Positions 22,530 to 31,972 of a DNA stretch of 64,000 bases are shown in pieces. The notes under the pieces were generated by a model, which saw only the letters and a list, made by a program, of their open reading frames with translations, ran no database searches and had not been told where the DNA came from. The translations under genes and the position numbers were made by a program. Position 1 is the first letter of the stretch. Every line of letters begins with the position of its first letter. Origin of the DNA: an uncultured Thermodesulfobacteriota bacterium (GTDB lineage: Bacteria; Desulfobacterota; WTBG01; CAIYCZ01; CAIRTM01); NCBI GenBank assembly GCA_964566035.1, contig CAZMHH010000007.1, positions 4,803 through 68,802 of the forward strand. The letters are read 5' to 3'.

Positions 22530-22993
22530 TAGTATGGCTCCAATTCAATTAATTCAAAATCATTTATTGTCCTGTTAAATTCAAATAAAAGGCTGACGGT
22601 TTTCAGCCTGATTTGGACTGTAAATGGTTCATCTTTGGTTTCTACAGAAATTATTTCCAGTATAACATTGCCTGATGGTTGAAAATTTGGTATGGTAATT
22701 GTTGATGCAACTGCAGGATTTCCGCTAATGATGTCACCTTCAGTTCCAAAGAAAACGTCATGTTCGTAATAGTATTCTTTCTGTGCTTCTAAAAATCTGC
22801 GGGCATCATATCTTGCAACCGTTGTATATGCCTTCTGGTTTATTACAATAAAACCGTAGGTTGCTACAGCAGACAGTATTCCAACAATAGCTACAGCACA
22901 TATAACTTCCAGAAGAGATAAACCTTTTTGTGAAGACAGACAGGTAAGCAGGAGCTTATTTTTATTATTTTTCTTAAGGTAAAATGCACGCAT
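22529..22993 (-). CDS. prepilin-type N-terminal cleavage/methylation domain protein (type IV pilin / pseudopilin-like)
   Basis: Class III signal '...QKG|LSLLEVICAVAIVGILSAVA', with Gly at -1 and Glu at +5 followed by a hydrophobic helix. Start is uncertain: the track ORF begins at a TTG at 23089, and the internal ATG was chosen. Confidence 0.6.
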   Translation of the reverse strand: MRAFYLKKNNKNKLLLTCLSSQKGLSLLEVICAVAIVGILSAVATYGFIVINQKAYTTVARYDARRFLEAQKEYYYEHDVFFGTEGDIISGNPAVASTITIPNFQPSGNVILEIISVETKDEPFTVQIRLKTVSLLFEFNRTINDFELIELEPY

Positions 22994-23509
22994 TTTTTGA
23001 GCCCCATTCTTTTTAATGTTATCATAAAAGTATTTATACTTTATGTCAACACTGTAAATTTCCAAGAAAAGCTTATTAGTGCTTGACAAAAAAAGAGAAA
23101 TAAAATATACTATAATCCAATAACTGATTTATTATATTAATCTTATCCCAAATGCTTTTATTCTTTTAGGGTTTGTATTAAATCCTGACCAATTACTGTA
23201 AAACATACTTTAATACTGACGAGGGTTGTAGTATATGGTATTATGCTATAAAATTTTTAGCATATGGGTTAATAAGGAGGTAGAGGATGAATTTACATGA
23301 ACCATGTAAGCGTTTAATATCACAACTTTTAAATTGTAATAAAAAAAGGGTTAAATTCCACATAATCCCCCACAATTTTCCATAAATATTTCCCTGTAAA
23401 ATATTCAAAGTCATAGATTAGTGCTTGGCGTTCATTTAAATGAAATAGTTGCGTCTTGCGCATGGTTTAAGGTGTTTATAAATTTAACAGAAAAATTACA
23501 GGGACAGCT

Positions 23510-24208
23510 ATGCTTGTTACACTAAAAAAACAAATACCAGAAAAAGATAGAATTTACAGTCATTTAGGCAACTCAAGAGCCAGATCCAGGTCAAAATCAA
23601 TAAGGGTGAAAATAAAAAAAATAACTGAAACCCTGCCCGATTATATCGAACCTCGTCTGGTCTACAGTAAATGGCGTGTTGATACAGGAACAGACTGCAT
23701 TAAGTTTGAAAACGGATTGGAGCTAAGAAGCCGAAAATTTGCAATGATTATGAGGCATGCAACTGAAGCGTACTGTTTTGTTGCAACCATAGGCAGTCGT
23801 ATTGACAGGAAAATCAAAAAACTTATGAAAGACAATAAGCTTTCAGATGCTTATTTGCTTGATACGGCAGGATCCTTTGCAATAGAAGATGCTGTTGAGC
23901 AGTTCTGTAATGAAATTCATAAAGAAGCTGAGCAAAAAGCAATGACAACCACAATTCGTTTCAGCCCTGGTTACTGCGACTGTTCTGTAAGTGAACAGCG
24001 CAAGCTTTTTCGTCTTGTAACAGCTGAAAAGATTGGTGTAAGTCTTACCGATGCTTGTCTTATGCAGCCCAGGAAAACAATATCAGGGATTTTTGGCATT
24101 GTTCCTCCCCAAAACATTAAACATTACTCTGCCTATATTCCGTGCAGGGATTGTTCAAGGCAAAAGTGTATGAGCAGAAGAGAAGAATATCAATCAAAAT
24201 CAATATAA
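23510..24208 (+). CDS. stand-alone methionine-synthase (MetH) activation-domain-like protein (AdoMet-binding reactivation module)
   Basis: 'RFSPGYCDC...' and 'IGVSLTDACLMQPRKTISGIFGI' match the Met_synt_B12 activation-domain motifs (RxSPGY and IGx.LTES.mM.P..SVSG). C-terminus carries an extra Cys cluster, CRDCSRQKC. CAGGGACAG ribosome-binding site before the ATG. Confidence 0.55.
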   Translation: MLVTLKKQIPEKDRIYSHLGNSRARSRSKSIRVKIKKITETLPDYIEPRLVYSKWRVDTGTDCIKFENGLELRSRKFAMIMRHATEAYCFVATIGSRIDRKIKKLMKDNKLSDAYLLDTAGSFAIEDAVEQFCNEIHKEAEQKAMTTTIRFSPGYCDCSVSEQRKLFRLVTAEKIGVSLTDACLMQPRKTISGIFGIVPPQNIKHYSAYIPCRDCSRQKCMSRREEYQSKSI

Positions 24209-24252
24209 CAAACCTGCTTGCAGACTCTAAAAAAAACAGGAGATAGATCAGA

Positions 24253-25716
24253 ATGAATATTAGAAAAGGACTCGATGGGGGTCAATATTGCCCATTAAAT
24301 GATGAGGATATAAAAAAAATACATGAAGCCACACTCAGAGTGTTTAGTGAAGTGGGTGTTGAGATAAACCATACTGAAGCCATTGAACTTTTTAAGGGTG
24401 CCGGTGCTGAAGTTGACGGTGATTCCGGAATTGTCCGAATCCCTTCTCACCTGGTTGAAAAATTAGTAGGTATGGCTCCTTCTGAAATTGTGCTGTGCGG
24501 ACGTGATGATGATCAAAGTCTTGACTGCAGGATAGGCGGAACACGTGTCTATATGGGGACCGGCGGAACAGCGCTTCAGGTGCAGGAGTCTGGAAGCAAT
24601 TCAGCCAGGCAGTCAAAGCTTGATGACATTGTTAACATGGCACGTCTTGTTGACAAACTTGAAAATATTCATTTCTATATGTTAAATGTCTATCCAAATG
24701 ACCTTGAAAACAGAAATGTTGATGTCAACCGTTTTGGAGCTGCTCTGAATAACACACAGAAACATATAATGGGAGGAGTCTATAGTGTTGAAGGAATACG
24801 CAATGTTGTCAGAATGGCTGAAATTATAGCAGGGTCTCCTGAAAAGCTGAGGGAACGCCCATTTATTTCAATGGTGGCATGTATTATAAGCCCTTTCAAG
24901 GTTGATGAGAGTTATGGAGAGCTGGCCATAGAGGTAGCCAGGCAGGGCATCCCGCTGGTGGTTCCTGCTGAGCCGTTGTGCGGAGCTACTGCCCCGATTA
25001 CACTTGCCGGAAATCTGTTGGTGCAGAATGTTGATACTCTTACAGGGGTTATGCTCAGCCAGTTGGTCAACCCCGGCACACCTATTTTATACGGTTGTAT
25101 TTCATCAATTACAGATCTGAGAGACATGAAATATCTTGCAGGAGCTGTTGAAATGGGTCTTTTGAATGCTGCATCTTCACAGATGGCAAGATTTTACGGT
25201 ATCCCGATTTATGCCACAGCAGGCATGTCTGATTCCAAGGTAAATGATGCTCAGGTTGGTTATGAGTCTGCAATGACAAACCTTATGGTTGCTCTTGCCG
25301 GAGCAAATTTTATTCACGATGCAGCGGGTTTTTTAGAGTTCTGTAAAACTGCCTCATATGATAAGCTTGTGATAGACAATGAAATTATTGGTATGGTTAT
25401 GCGTGCTGTTGAAGGAATTAAGGTTAGTGATGAGACACTTGCCTTTGATGAGATTAAAAAGGCAGGACCGGGGGGTAATTTCATCTCCTCGCGATTAACA
25501 AGGAAACTCATGCGTTCAGAACAATATAAACCCTGTTTCAGCGACAGGGAGAACAGAGATGTTTGGATGGAAGGCGGGTCAAAGGATGCTGCAACCAGGG
25601 CAACTGAGCATGTCGGCAGGGTTTTGGGTAAGGCTCGAGAAGCTGTTTTGCCCGCAGAGATCAGAAAATCTATTTTAGCTGAAATACAGGGGATTTGTCC
25701 CGAGATAATGCAATAA
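24253..25716 (+). CDS. MttB-superfamily (trimethylamine methyltransferase family) corrinoid-dependent methyltransferase, non-pyrrolysine type (MtgB-like)
   Basis: Full-length, 487 aa, with no internal stop codon, so no in-frame UAG. MttB-family TIM-barrel motifs are spread through the protein. Confidence 0.8.
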   Translation: MNIRKGLDGGQYCPLNDEDIKKIHEATLRVFSEVGVEINHTEAIELFKGAGAEVDGDSGIVRIPSHLVEKLVGMAPSEIVLCGRDDDQSLDCRIGGTRVYMGTGGTALQVQESGSNSARQSKLDDIVNMARLVDKLENIHFYMLNVYPNDLENRNVDVNRFGAALNNTQKHIMGGVYSVEGIRNVVRMAEIIAGSPEKLRERPFISMVACIISPFKVDESYGELAIEVARQGIPLVVPAEPLCGATAPITLAGNLLVQNVDTLTGVMLSQLVNPGTPILYGCISSITDLRDMKYLAGAVEMGLLNAASSQMARFYGIPIYATAGMSDSKVNDAQVGYESAMTNLMVALAGANFIHDAAGFLEFCKTASYDKLVIDNEIIGMVMRAVEGIKVSDETLAFDEIKKAGPGGNFISSRLTRKLMRSEQYKPCFSDRENRDVWMEGGSKDAATRATEHVGRVLGKAREAVLPAEIRKSILAEIQGICPEIMQ

Positions 25717-25743
25717 AAGAAGGGAAGGAGGAACAGATTAATC

Positions 25744-26535
25744 ATGATTATGATAGGTGAGAAGATAAATGCAACAATTAAGCGTGTTAAAAGCATTGTT
25801 GAGAATAGAGATAATGACGGGCTTGTTCAGCTTGCCAAAGCTCAGTCAGAGGCAGGAGCTGATATAATTGATGTAAATGTTGGAACAGGAACAGGAACTC
25901 AAGCAGATGAAATTGATGCAATACAGTGGGCAGTTGAATTGATTCAGCAGCATGTGGATAAACCGCTTTGTATTGACAGTGCCGACAAGGCTGTTCTTGA
26001 AGCTGGCTTGAAAAAAATAGACGGAAGACAGAGCATGATCAATTCCGTAAAGGCAGAAGAAAACAATATGGATGATATTATTCCTTTGGCAAAAGAGTTC
26101 AATTCCATGCTGGTAGCTCTTCCAATGGATGAAAAAGGTATTCCTGCTACTACTGCTGAAAGGGTTGATGTTTGCAGACAACTAATAAACCACTGTAAAA
26201 AATACGGGTTTTCTGTTGATAAACTATTCTTTGATCCGCTGGTGCTGCCGATATCATCTGATATTACTCAAGGGGCTATCACCCTGGACACACTTGCTGC
26301 TATCAAAAAAACATTTCCAGAGTCTAAAACAGTTATGGGGCTCTCAAATGTTTCCTATGGGCTTCCGGAGAGAAAGAAGCTCAACGCCGGTTTTATGTAT
26401 ATGGCAATTTATGCAGGTCTGGATGCTGTTATTGCAAATCCTATGGACGATGAGATTCAAATGGCTATAAAAGTGGCAGAAGCTTTAACCGGTAAAGATC
26501 CCCGTTGCAGGAGATATACAAGGGCTTTGAGATAA
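25744..26535 (+). CDS. pterin-binding methyltransferase (methylcorrinoid:tetrahydrofolate methyltransferase, MtgA/MtrH/AcsE-like)
   Basis: 'IMIGEKINATI' pterin-binding-domain start motif and DHPS-like TIM barrel. Positioned between the two mttB paralogs. Confidence 0.7.
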   Translation: MIMIGEKINATIKRVKSIVENRDNDGLVQLAKAQSEAGADIIDVNVGTGTGTQADEIDAIQWAVELIQQHVDKPLCIDSADKAVLEAGLKKIDGRQSMINSVKAEENNMDDIIPLAKEFNSMLVALPMDEKGIPATTAERVDVCRQLINHCKKYGFSVDKLFFDPLVLPISSDITQGAITLDTLAAIKKTFPESKTVMGLSNVSYGLPERKKLNAGFMYMAIYAGLDAVIANPMDDEIQMAIKVAEALTGKDPRCRRYTRALR

Positions 26536-26724
26536 TTTATAAGCCGATAAGCAAAAAAGCTCGCAGCTGGTAGCTCATAGAAAAACAAAAAGTTGGAGTC
26601 AAAAAAACGCCTGAAAACACTGGTAATAAGGCTATTTCTCTGCACTGAAATATTTTTTGTCAGTAAGTGCAAAAAAAATGAAATCTAAGACATTAAATAA
26701 TCTGTGCAATAGGAAGGATTTTTT

Positions 26725-28266
26725 ATGATTGATAATGAAGAATTTAGAAAGGGTATAGTTGTAAAGCCCTACAATAGACTTACCGAGCAGCAGGTTGGGC
26801 TTCTTGACAGAACCTCTCTTGATATACTGAAGGATCCTGGAATATGGTGTTATAATAAAAGAGCTGCAGATCTTTTTCATGAAAACGGAGCAGTGGTAAG
26901 GGAAGATTCTGATCAAAAGGGACATTTGTGGAGGATAAGCATTCCATCAGAACTTGTAAAAAAATCAGTTAAAAAAGCTCCTTCACGGTTTGTACTTGGA
27001 GCGCGCAATCCTGCAAACAGACTTTTGCTGGATGCCCAGGTACCAAGAGTATATTTTGGCTCAGGGTCTGAAACAAATGTCTGGATTGAGACCGAACTGG
27101 AAGACTTTGTAAGTCGCAGAGAACCGGGTATTAAGGTAAGGCTTCCGCGCTACAGGCAACTGCGAGGCAGCGCAGCTTTGCTGTGCAGGGCTGCAAAAAT
27201 ATGTGACAAGCTTGATAATCTTGATTTTTTTATAAGACCTGTAAATATTCAGGATGAAGGAATAACAGAAGATAATCATGATGTGAACAAGTTTTTTGCA
27301 AGTTTGAACAATATAACCAAACATGTTCAGGCAGGGTTGACAAAACTTGAAAAACTTGACGATGTTGTCCGTATGGCTGAGCTTATAGCAGGTGGAGCGG
27401 ACAATCTCAGAAAAAATCCTTTGATATCCTTTATTGCATGTGTGTTTAAAAGCCCCCTGCAAATGGTTGAAGATACAACCGATAAGGTTTTTGCAATAGT
27501 AGAGGCGGGTCTTCCGCTTGTGATATCATCATCACCGCAGGGGGGTTCCACAGCACCCATTCAGGAGACAGGAATGGTTGCCCAGATAAATGCAGAGATA
27601 CTTGCCGGTATAACTTTCACTCAGCTTATAAAACCCGGAGCACCTGTATTATATGGCAGTGTTCCAGTGCGTGCCCGCATGGATGACCTGCACGATTTAT
27701 ATGGCTGCCCTGAATTTAATCAGTATAATCATGACTGTGTTCAGTTGGCACGTCATTATCAGGTGCCGTGTTATTCCACAGCAGGAGTGGCTGATGCAAA
27801 AGTTCCCGGTATGCAGGCTTCATTTGAAAAGCTTCTTACTCATCTATATATGACAATGACCGGAGCCCAATATATTCATTATGCATTTGGGCTTTTGAAC
27901 AGGACTAATTCATTTTGTCCTGTTCAGGCTGTTATAGACAATGAACATATAGATAAGATTAAACAGAGTCTTAGAAATCCGGATGTCAGTGAACAGACCT
28001 ACGAAGAAACACTTAAGATGGTTCGCAAGGTTATGAATTCTCCCAATCGTCTTTATGCGCGTCATGCCCGCAAAGCAATTCATTCAGGACTTGTATCAGA
28101 GCCATATAAGTTTTCTGGCAGCGGCGCCGAGGACAAGGTTATTGAATATGCACTTAAGGAACTGTCCACCATAGAAGCAGAACCGGCAAGCCATATTCCT
28201 CATGAGATTCAGGACAGGATATTTGCTCAGATTTCCGGTCTTCTGCCGATACTGAAGAGCTGTTAA
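26725..28266 (+). CDS. second MttB-superfamily corrinoid-dependent methyltransferase (non-pyrrolysine)
   Basis: 513 aa, no internal stop. Collinear with the first paralog in the conserved blocks but highly diverged from it. Confidence 0.8.
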   Translation: MIDNEEFRKGIVVKPYNRLTEQQVGLLDRTSLDILKDPGIWCYNKRAADLFHENGAVVREDSDQKGHLWRISIPSELVKKSVKKAPSRFVLGARNPANRLLLDAQVPRVYFGSGSETNVWIETELEDFVSRREPGIKVRLPRYRQLRGSAALLCRAAKICDKLDNLDFFIRPVNIQDEGITEDNHDVNKFFASLNNITKHVQAGLTKLEKLDDVVRMAELIAGGADNLRKNPLISFIACVFKSPLQMVEDTTDKVFAIVEAGLPLVISSSPQGGSTAPIQETGMVAQINAEILAGITFTQLIKPGAPVLYGSVPVRARMDDLHDLYGCPEFNQYNHDCVQLARHYQVPCYSTAGVADAKVPGMQASFEKLLTHLYMTMTGAQYIHYAFGLLNRTNSFCPVQAVIDNEHIDKIKQSLRNPDVSEQTYEETLKMVRKVMNSPNRLYARHARKAIHSGLVSEPYKFSGSGAEDKVIEYALKELSTIEAEPASHIPHEIQDRIFAQISGLLPILKSC

Positions 28267-28381
28267 TAAAAAGGCGATTGTTTTATTCTTCTTTGTTGCC
28301 TTTATTGACTATATGGCAAATATGCAGATTATGATTATTGGGTTAATATTTTAAATACATAACTTTTTAAACAAGGAGCAA

Positions 28382-29083
28382 ATGATGGAAAACGATCTTA
28401 TAGAACAGATAAAATTTAATATTCTTCAGGGACGTATTGAAGCCGAAGATGAAGGGTTTGATGAAGGACTTGAGGGAAAGCCTGCTGTGACAGAATTGAT
28501 TTCCGAGGCATTGAAACAAAAGATTGACACTAAGGAAATAGTAACCGGAGCGCTTAATTCAGCAATGGAAATTGTTGGAGAAAAATTTGAAAAAGGGGAG
28601 TATCTTATTCCTGATATGCTTGCATCTGCTGAGTGTGTGGGGGCTGCCATGGATTTGATTGCTCCTCAGATGGTTGATGATGGCATTGAAAACAAGGGAA
28701 CTTTTGTTATTGCAACCGTCAAGGGAGACTTGCATGATATTGGTAAAAACATAGTGTCTATTATGGTCAAGGGTGCTGGTTATGATGTTGTGGATCTGGG
28801 AACAGATGTTGCTTCAGATCGAATTGCAAAGGAAGTAAAGGACAGAAAGGCTGCATTTCTTGGTTTATCAGCGCTTCTAACAACAACGATGAGGGAGATG
28901 GAAACAGTTATAGGCATGCTGGAAGATACAGGTATTCGAAAAAGTGTAAAGGTGCTGATAGGCGGAGCCCCTACATCAAAAGACTTTGCAAGCCAGATTG
29001 GTGCTGATGCTCACTGCAATGATGCATTTGAGGCGATAGCTGTTTTAAAGTCACTGGCTAATATAAAATCAGTTGCAGCCTAA
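28382..29083 (+). CDS. cobalamin-binding corrinoid protein (MtgC/MttC-like)
   Basis: B12-binding N-terminal cap domain plus Rossmann domain with 'DLHDIGKNIV' (DxHxxG) and 'GGAP' motifs. Confidence 0.9.
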   Translation: MMENDLIEQIKFNILQGRIEAEDEGFDEGLEGKPAVTELISEALKQKIDTKEIVTGALNSAMEIVGEKFEKGEYLIPDMLASAECVGAAMDLIAPQMVDDGIENKGTFVIATVKGDLHDIGKNIVSIMVKGAGYDVVDLGTDVASDRIAKEVKDRKAAFLGLSALLTTTMREMETVIGMLEDTGIRKSVKVLIGGAPTSKDFASQIGADAHCNDAFEAIAVLKSLANIKSVAA

Positions 29084-29101
29084 AAAGGGAAATAAAAACT
29101 T

Positions 29102-30361
29102 ATGGTAGAAAAGAAAGCATATTCAGAAGCAGTAGATACAGGCAAATATAACAAGACTACCGGGCTGCTGGGAAAGTACGATAATGTCAGACGATTCTGG
29201 GAGGATCAGTTGAGCGGTATTTTTTTAAGGCCTGCTCTAAATGAACTTGTTAAAAACAAAACTGACAGGCTCGAAAGGATACGGATTCTTGATCTTGGAT
29301 GCGGAAGCGGAGATGCCTACGATCTGATTATGAATATATATACAAAAGACCCGGGGATTTATGATTATATAACCGGTGCAATTACACACGAAAATTTGCA
29401 GGAATATGTCGGTCTTGATGTGAATGAAGATCTGTTGGAGCAGGCTAGACAGTATTGGGCAGGCAACGCGAAGCTCCGTTTTGTTACAGGAGATCTGAGT
29501 CAGGGTTTGCCGGAATCATCGGTTGGAAATGAAGCTTTTGATATGTATTATACATCCTATGGAACACTGGCTCATTTTACCGATGAGGTTAATACCCGTC
29601 TTATTGCCGATATTTTTAAACATGCATCAAATGGGGCCTTGTTTGTAGGAGATTGGCTTGGCAGATATTCCTATGAATGGCAGGATCTGTGGCACCATTC
29701 TGCAAATGAGGAATATTTTATGGATTACCGCATATCTTATATTTATGAAAAAGATGAGCGGAATAATGCTGATATTGCCTCTTTTCCACTGCGACTGATG
29801 ACACGTGATGAAATAATGAAAATAATAAATAAAGCTTCAGATAGGTCAGGGGTTAAGGTTGTTCCGGTCTGTTTTTATGACCGTTCAATATTTGTCGGAC
29901 GTCATCTTGAAACAGGAGATTATAACCGCTATTGCCCGCCAATGCGAAGCAGGGTAAACTCTCTGTTTGAATCTTATATGCGGACAGATCTTTCATCAAT
30001 CAAATTTGATTATGTTCCGAGACAAGGGTTTGACCACCTTAATAATTTTTTTGAAATGTATTTCATGTCCTGCAATGCCCTTGTTGATTATACAATTTCA
30101 CTGCTTAGCCAATATGAAAGTGAATCAGGTCTTATTAAGTCTGAACCGGAAATAAAGTCTTATTTCCCCGAACCCTTGAAGGAGGTTATGCGCACAATGC
30201 GCAAGGTTGTTGAAGGGGTCGGATCTCTGAAATACGGTGAGGTTCGTGCAAATTTTATAGAACCTCAACTGGGTTATGCATTGCGGGAGCTTGAGATAAA
30301 ACTGCAACCTGGAACCGGAGTTGGACATAGTCTGGCCGGTATATTCAGAATAGAAAAATAG
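29102..30361 (+). CDS. class I SAM-dependent methyltransferase with ~200-aa C-terminal extension
   Basis: Motif I 'ILDLGCGSGDAYD' and post-I acidic residue 'VGLDVNEDLL'. Lies 18 bp after the corrinoid protein gene. Confidence 0.65.
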   Translation: MVEKKAYSEAVDTGKYNKTTGLLGKYDNVRRFWEDQLSGIFLRPALNELVKNKTDRLERIRILDLGCGSGDAYDLIMNIYTKDPGIYDYITGAITHENLQEYVGLDVNEDLLEQARQYWAGNAKLRFVTGDLSQGLPESSVGNEAFDMYYTSYGTLAHFTDEVNTRLIADIFKHASNGALFVGDWLGRYSYEWQDLWHHSANEEYFMDYRISYIYEKDERNNADIASFPLRLMTRDEIMKIINKASDRSGVKVVPVCFYDRSIFVGRHLETGDYNRYCPPMRSRVNSLFESYMRTDLSSIKFDYVPRQGFDHLNNFFEMYFMSCNALVDYTISLLSQYESESGLIKSEPEIKSYFPEPLKEVMRTMRKVVEGVGSLKYGEVRANFIEPQLGYALRELEIKLQPGTGVGHSLAGIFRIEK

Positions 30362-30578
30362 GTTAGCATTTTAGTTCCTATTTCAGAGAAGTTTTTCGTG
30401 ATCGTTATCTGAAGAGCTGTTTTCAGGTGCAAGGAAATTCTTAAAACCAAGTATCATTTATAAGCAAAACCTTTTGTTATCGTCATGATAAAAAAGCCTT
30501 TTATCAGGGCGGAAATATTTTTTCTACGCTAAAAACAGAAAACAGTTTATAAAATACCAAAAGAGGTAATTAAAGGGT

Positions 30579-31838
30579 ATGGAAATCTCAGAGATAGTCA
30601 GTGGCTTAACCTCAAGATCAAAAAAAGGCGCAGCGGAAATAGGAGCAGCACCTTCGATGGTTAAGAACATAATTCTTAACAAAATGGCTGATTTGCTGGA
30701 AAAATACTCTAATGATGTTATTGCCGCAAATAAATCAGACCTTAACTCTGCACTGGATAAAGGTGTTGAGGGATCTCTCTATGAAAGACTCAAATTTGAT
30801 GAGGCAAAGATAAAAGGCAGGGTAAATTCACTGAAAAAAATTACCCAACTACCGGACCCTGTAGGACAGGTGATAGAGGAAAAACAGCTTGAAAACGGGT
30901 TGACCGCTTCAAGGATAAGGGTGCCAATAGGTGTACTGCTTATGATATATGAAGCACGACCCCATGTAACAGTTAATGCAGGAGCTTTTTGCATAAAATC
31001 AGGAAATGCAATTATCTGTAAAGGTGGCAGTGAAGCGTTGCTGTGCAACAGGTTATTGGGCAAGTTGTGGTCAGATGCGCTTATGCATGCAGGTGTCTCC
31101 TCTGATGTTGTGCAGGTGGCAGAACTCAATCACGAGGAAGTTGCACAGTTGCTGACCATGAAAGATGATATTAATCTTGTAATCCCGCGCGGTGGAAAGC
31201 AGCTAATCAGAACAGTGGCTGAAAAATCATCTGTTCCGGTTATAAAACATTTTGAGGGAATTTGTCATATCTATATAGGAGACAGGGCAGACTACAGTAA
31301 GGCATTGAAAATTGTACTTGATTCAAAAATTCTTATGCCGGCAGTGTGTAATGCAGCTGAAACAGTACTGGTAGACTATAGCATGAAGGGGATTTTGCCT
31401 GATATGATTGCAAGCCTTCAGAAAAATGGTGTAGAGGTTCGTGGATGTCCGGAGGTTTGCAGCATTTTTGACGGAATAAAAGAGGCAACAGAGGATGACT
31501 GGTATACCGAATATCTTGACAGTATCTATTCTGTAAGGGTTGTTGATGGGATTCATGAGGCAATTGCCCATATTACCAAATATGGCAGTGGACATACTGA
31601 TGTAATTGTTACAGAAAATTATTCAGAGTCAAGACGTTTTGTTCGGGAAGTGGATTCATCGGTTGTTATTGTTAATGCTTCTACCATGTTTTGTGACGGT
31701 GAGACTCTTGGTATGGGGGCTGAGATAGGTATTTCAACTGACAGACTTCACGCCAGAGGTCCGATGGGTTTAAACGAGCTTACAACTTATAAGCACATTA
31801 TCATGGGAGATGGTCAGACAATGGGGCAGGGTTTTTAA
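30579..31838 (+). CDS. proA: glutamate-5-semialdehyde dehydrogenase (gamma-glutamyl phosphate reductase)
   Basis: 'IRVPIGVLLMIYEARPHVTVNAGAFCIKSGNAIICKGGSEA' and a catalytic Cys region typical of ProA. Confidence 0.9.
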   Translation: MEISEIVSGLTSRSKKGAAEIGAAPSMVKNIILNKMADLLEKYSNDVIAANKSDLNSALDKGVEGSLYERLKFDEAKIKGRVNSLKKITQLPDPVGQVIEEKQLENGLTASRIRVPIGVLLMIYEARPHVTVNAGAFCIKSGNAIICKGGSEALLCNRLLGKLWSDALMHAGVSSDVVQVAELNHEEVAQLLTMKDDINLVIPRGGKQLIRTVAEKSSVPVIKHFEGICHIYIGDRADYSKALKIVLDSKILMPAVCNAAETVLVDYSMKGILPDMIASLQKNGVEVRGCPEVCSIFDGIKEATEDDWYTEYLDSIYSVRVVDGIHEAIAHITKYGSGHTDVIVTENYSESRRFVREVDSSVVIVNASTMFCDGETLGMGAEIGISTDRLHARGPMGLNELTTYKHIIMGDGQTMGQGF

Positions 31839-31972
31839 ATGCAGATATGAGTTATTGAAAAAATGGCCATCCCTGTAAAACCTGTTTTGGAGAATTATTT
31901 CAGATTATAAAAAGGCTTTTGCCAGGTAGTTAAAAGGGTAATTGAAAATATTTAAAAATTAAATGAGGTTTT

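Noticed and set aside
24253-25716. Calling the MttB homologs genuine trimethylamine (Pyl-dependent) methyltransferases
   Set aside because: No in-frame TAG is present. The enzymes are full length without pyrrolysine, so they are annotated as non-Pyl MttB-superfamily quaternary-amine methyltransferases.
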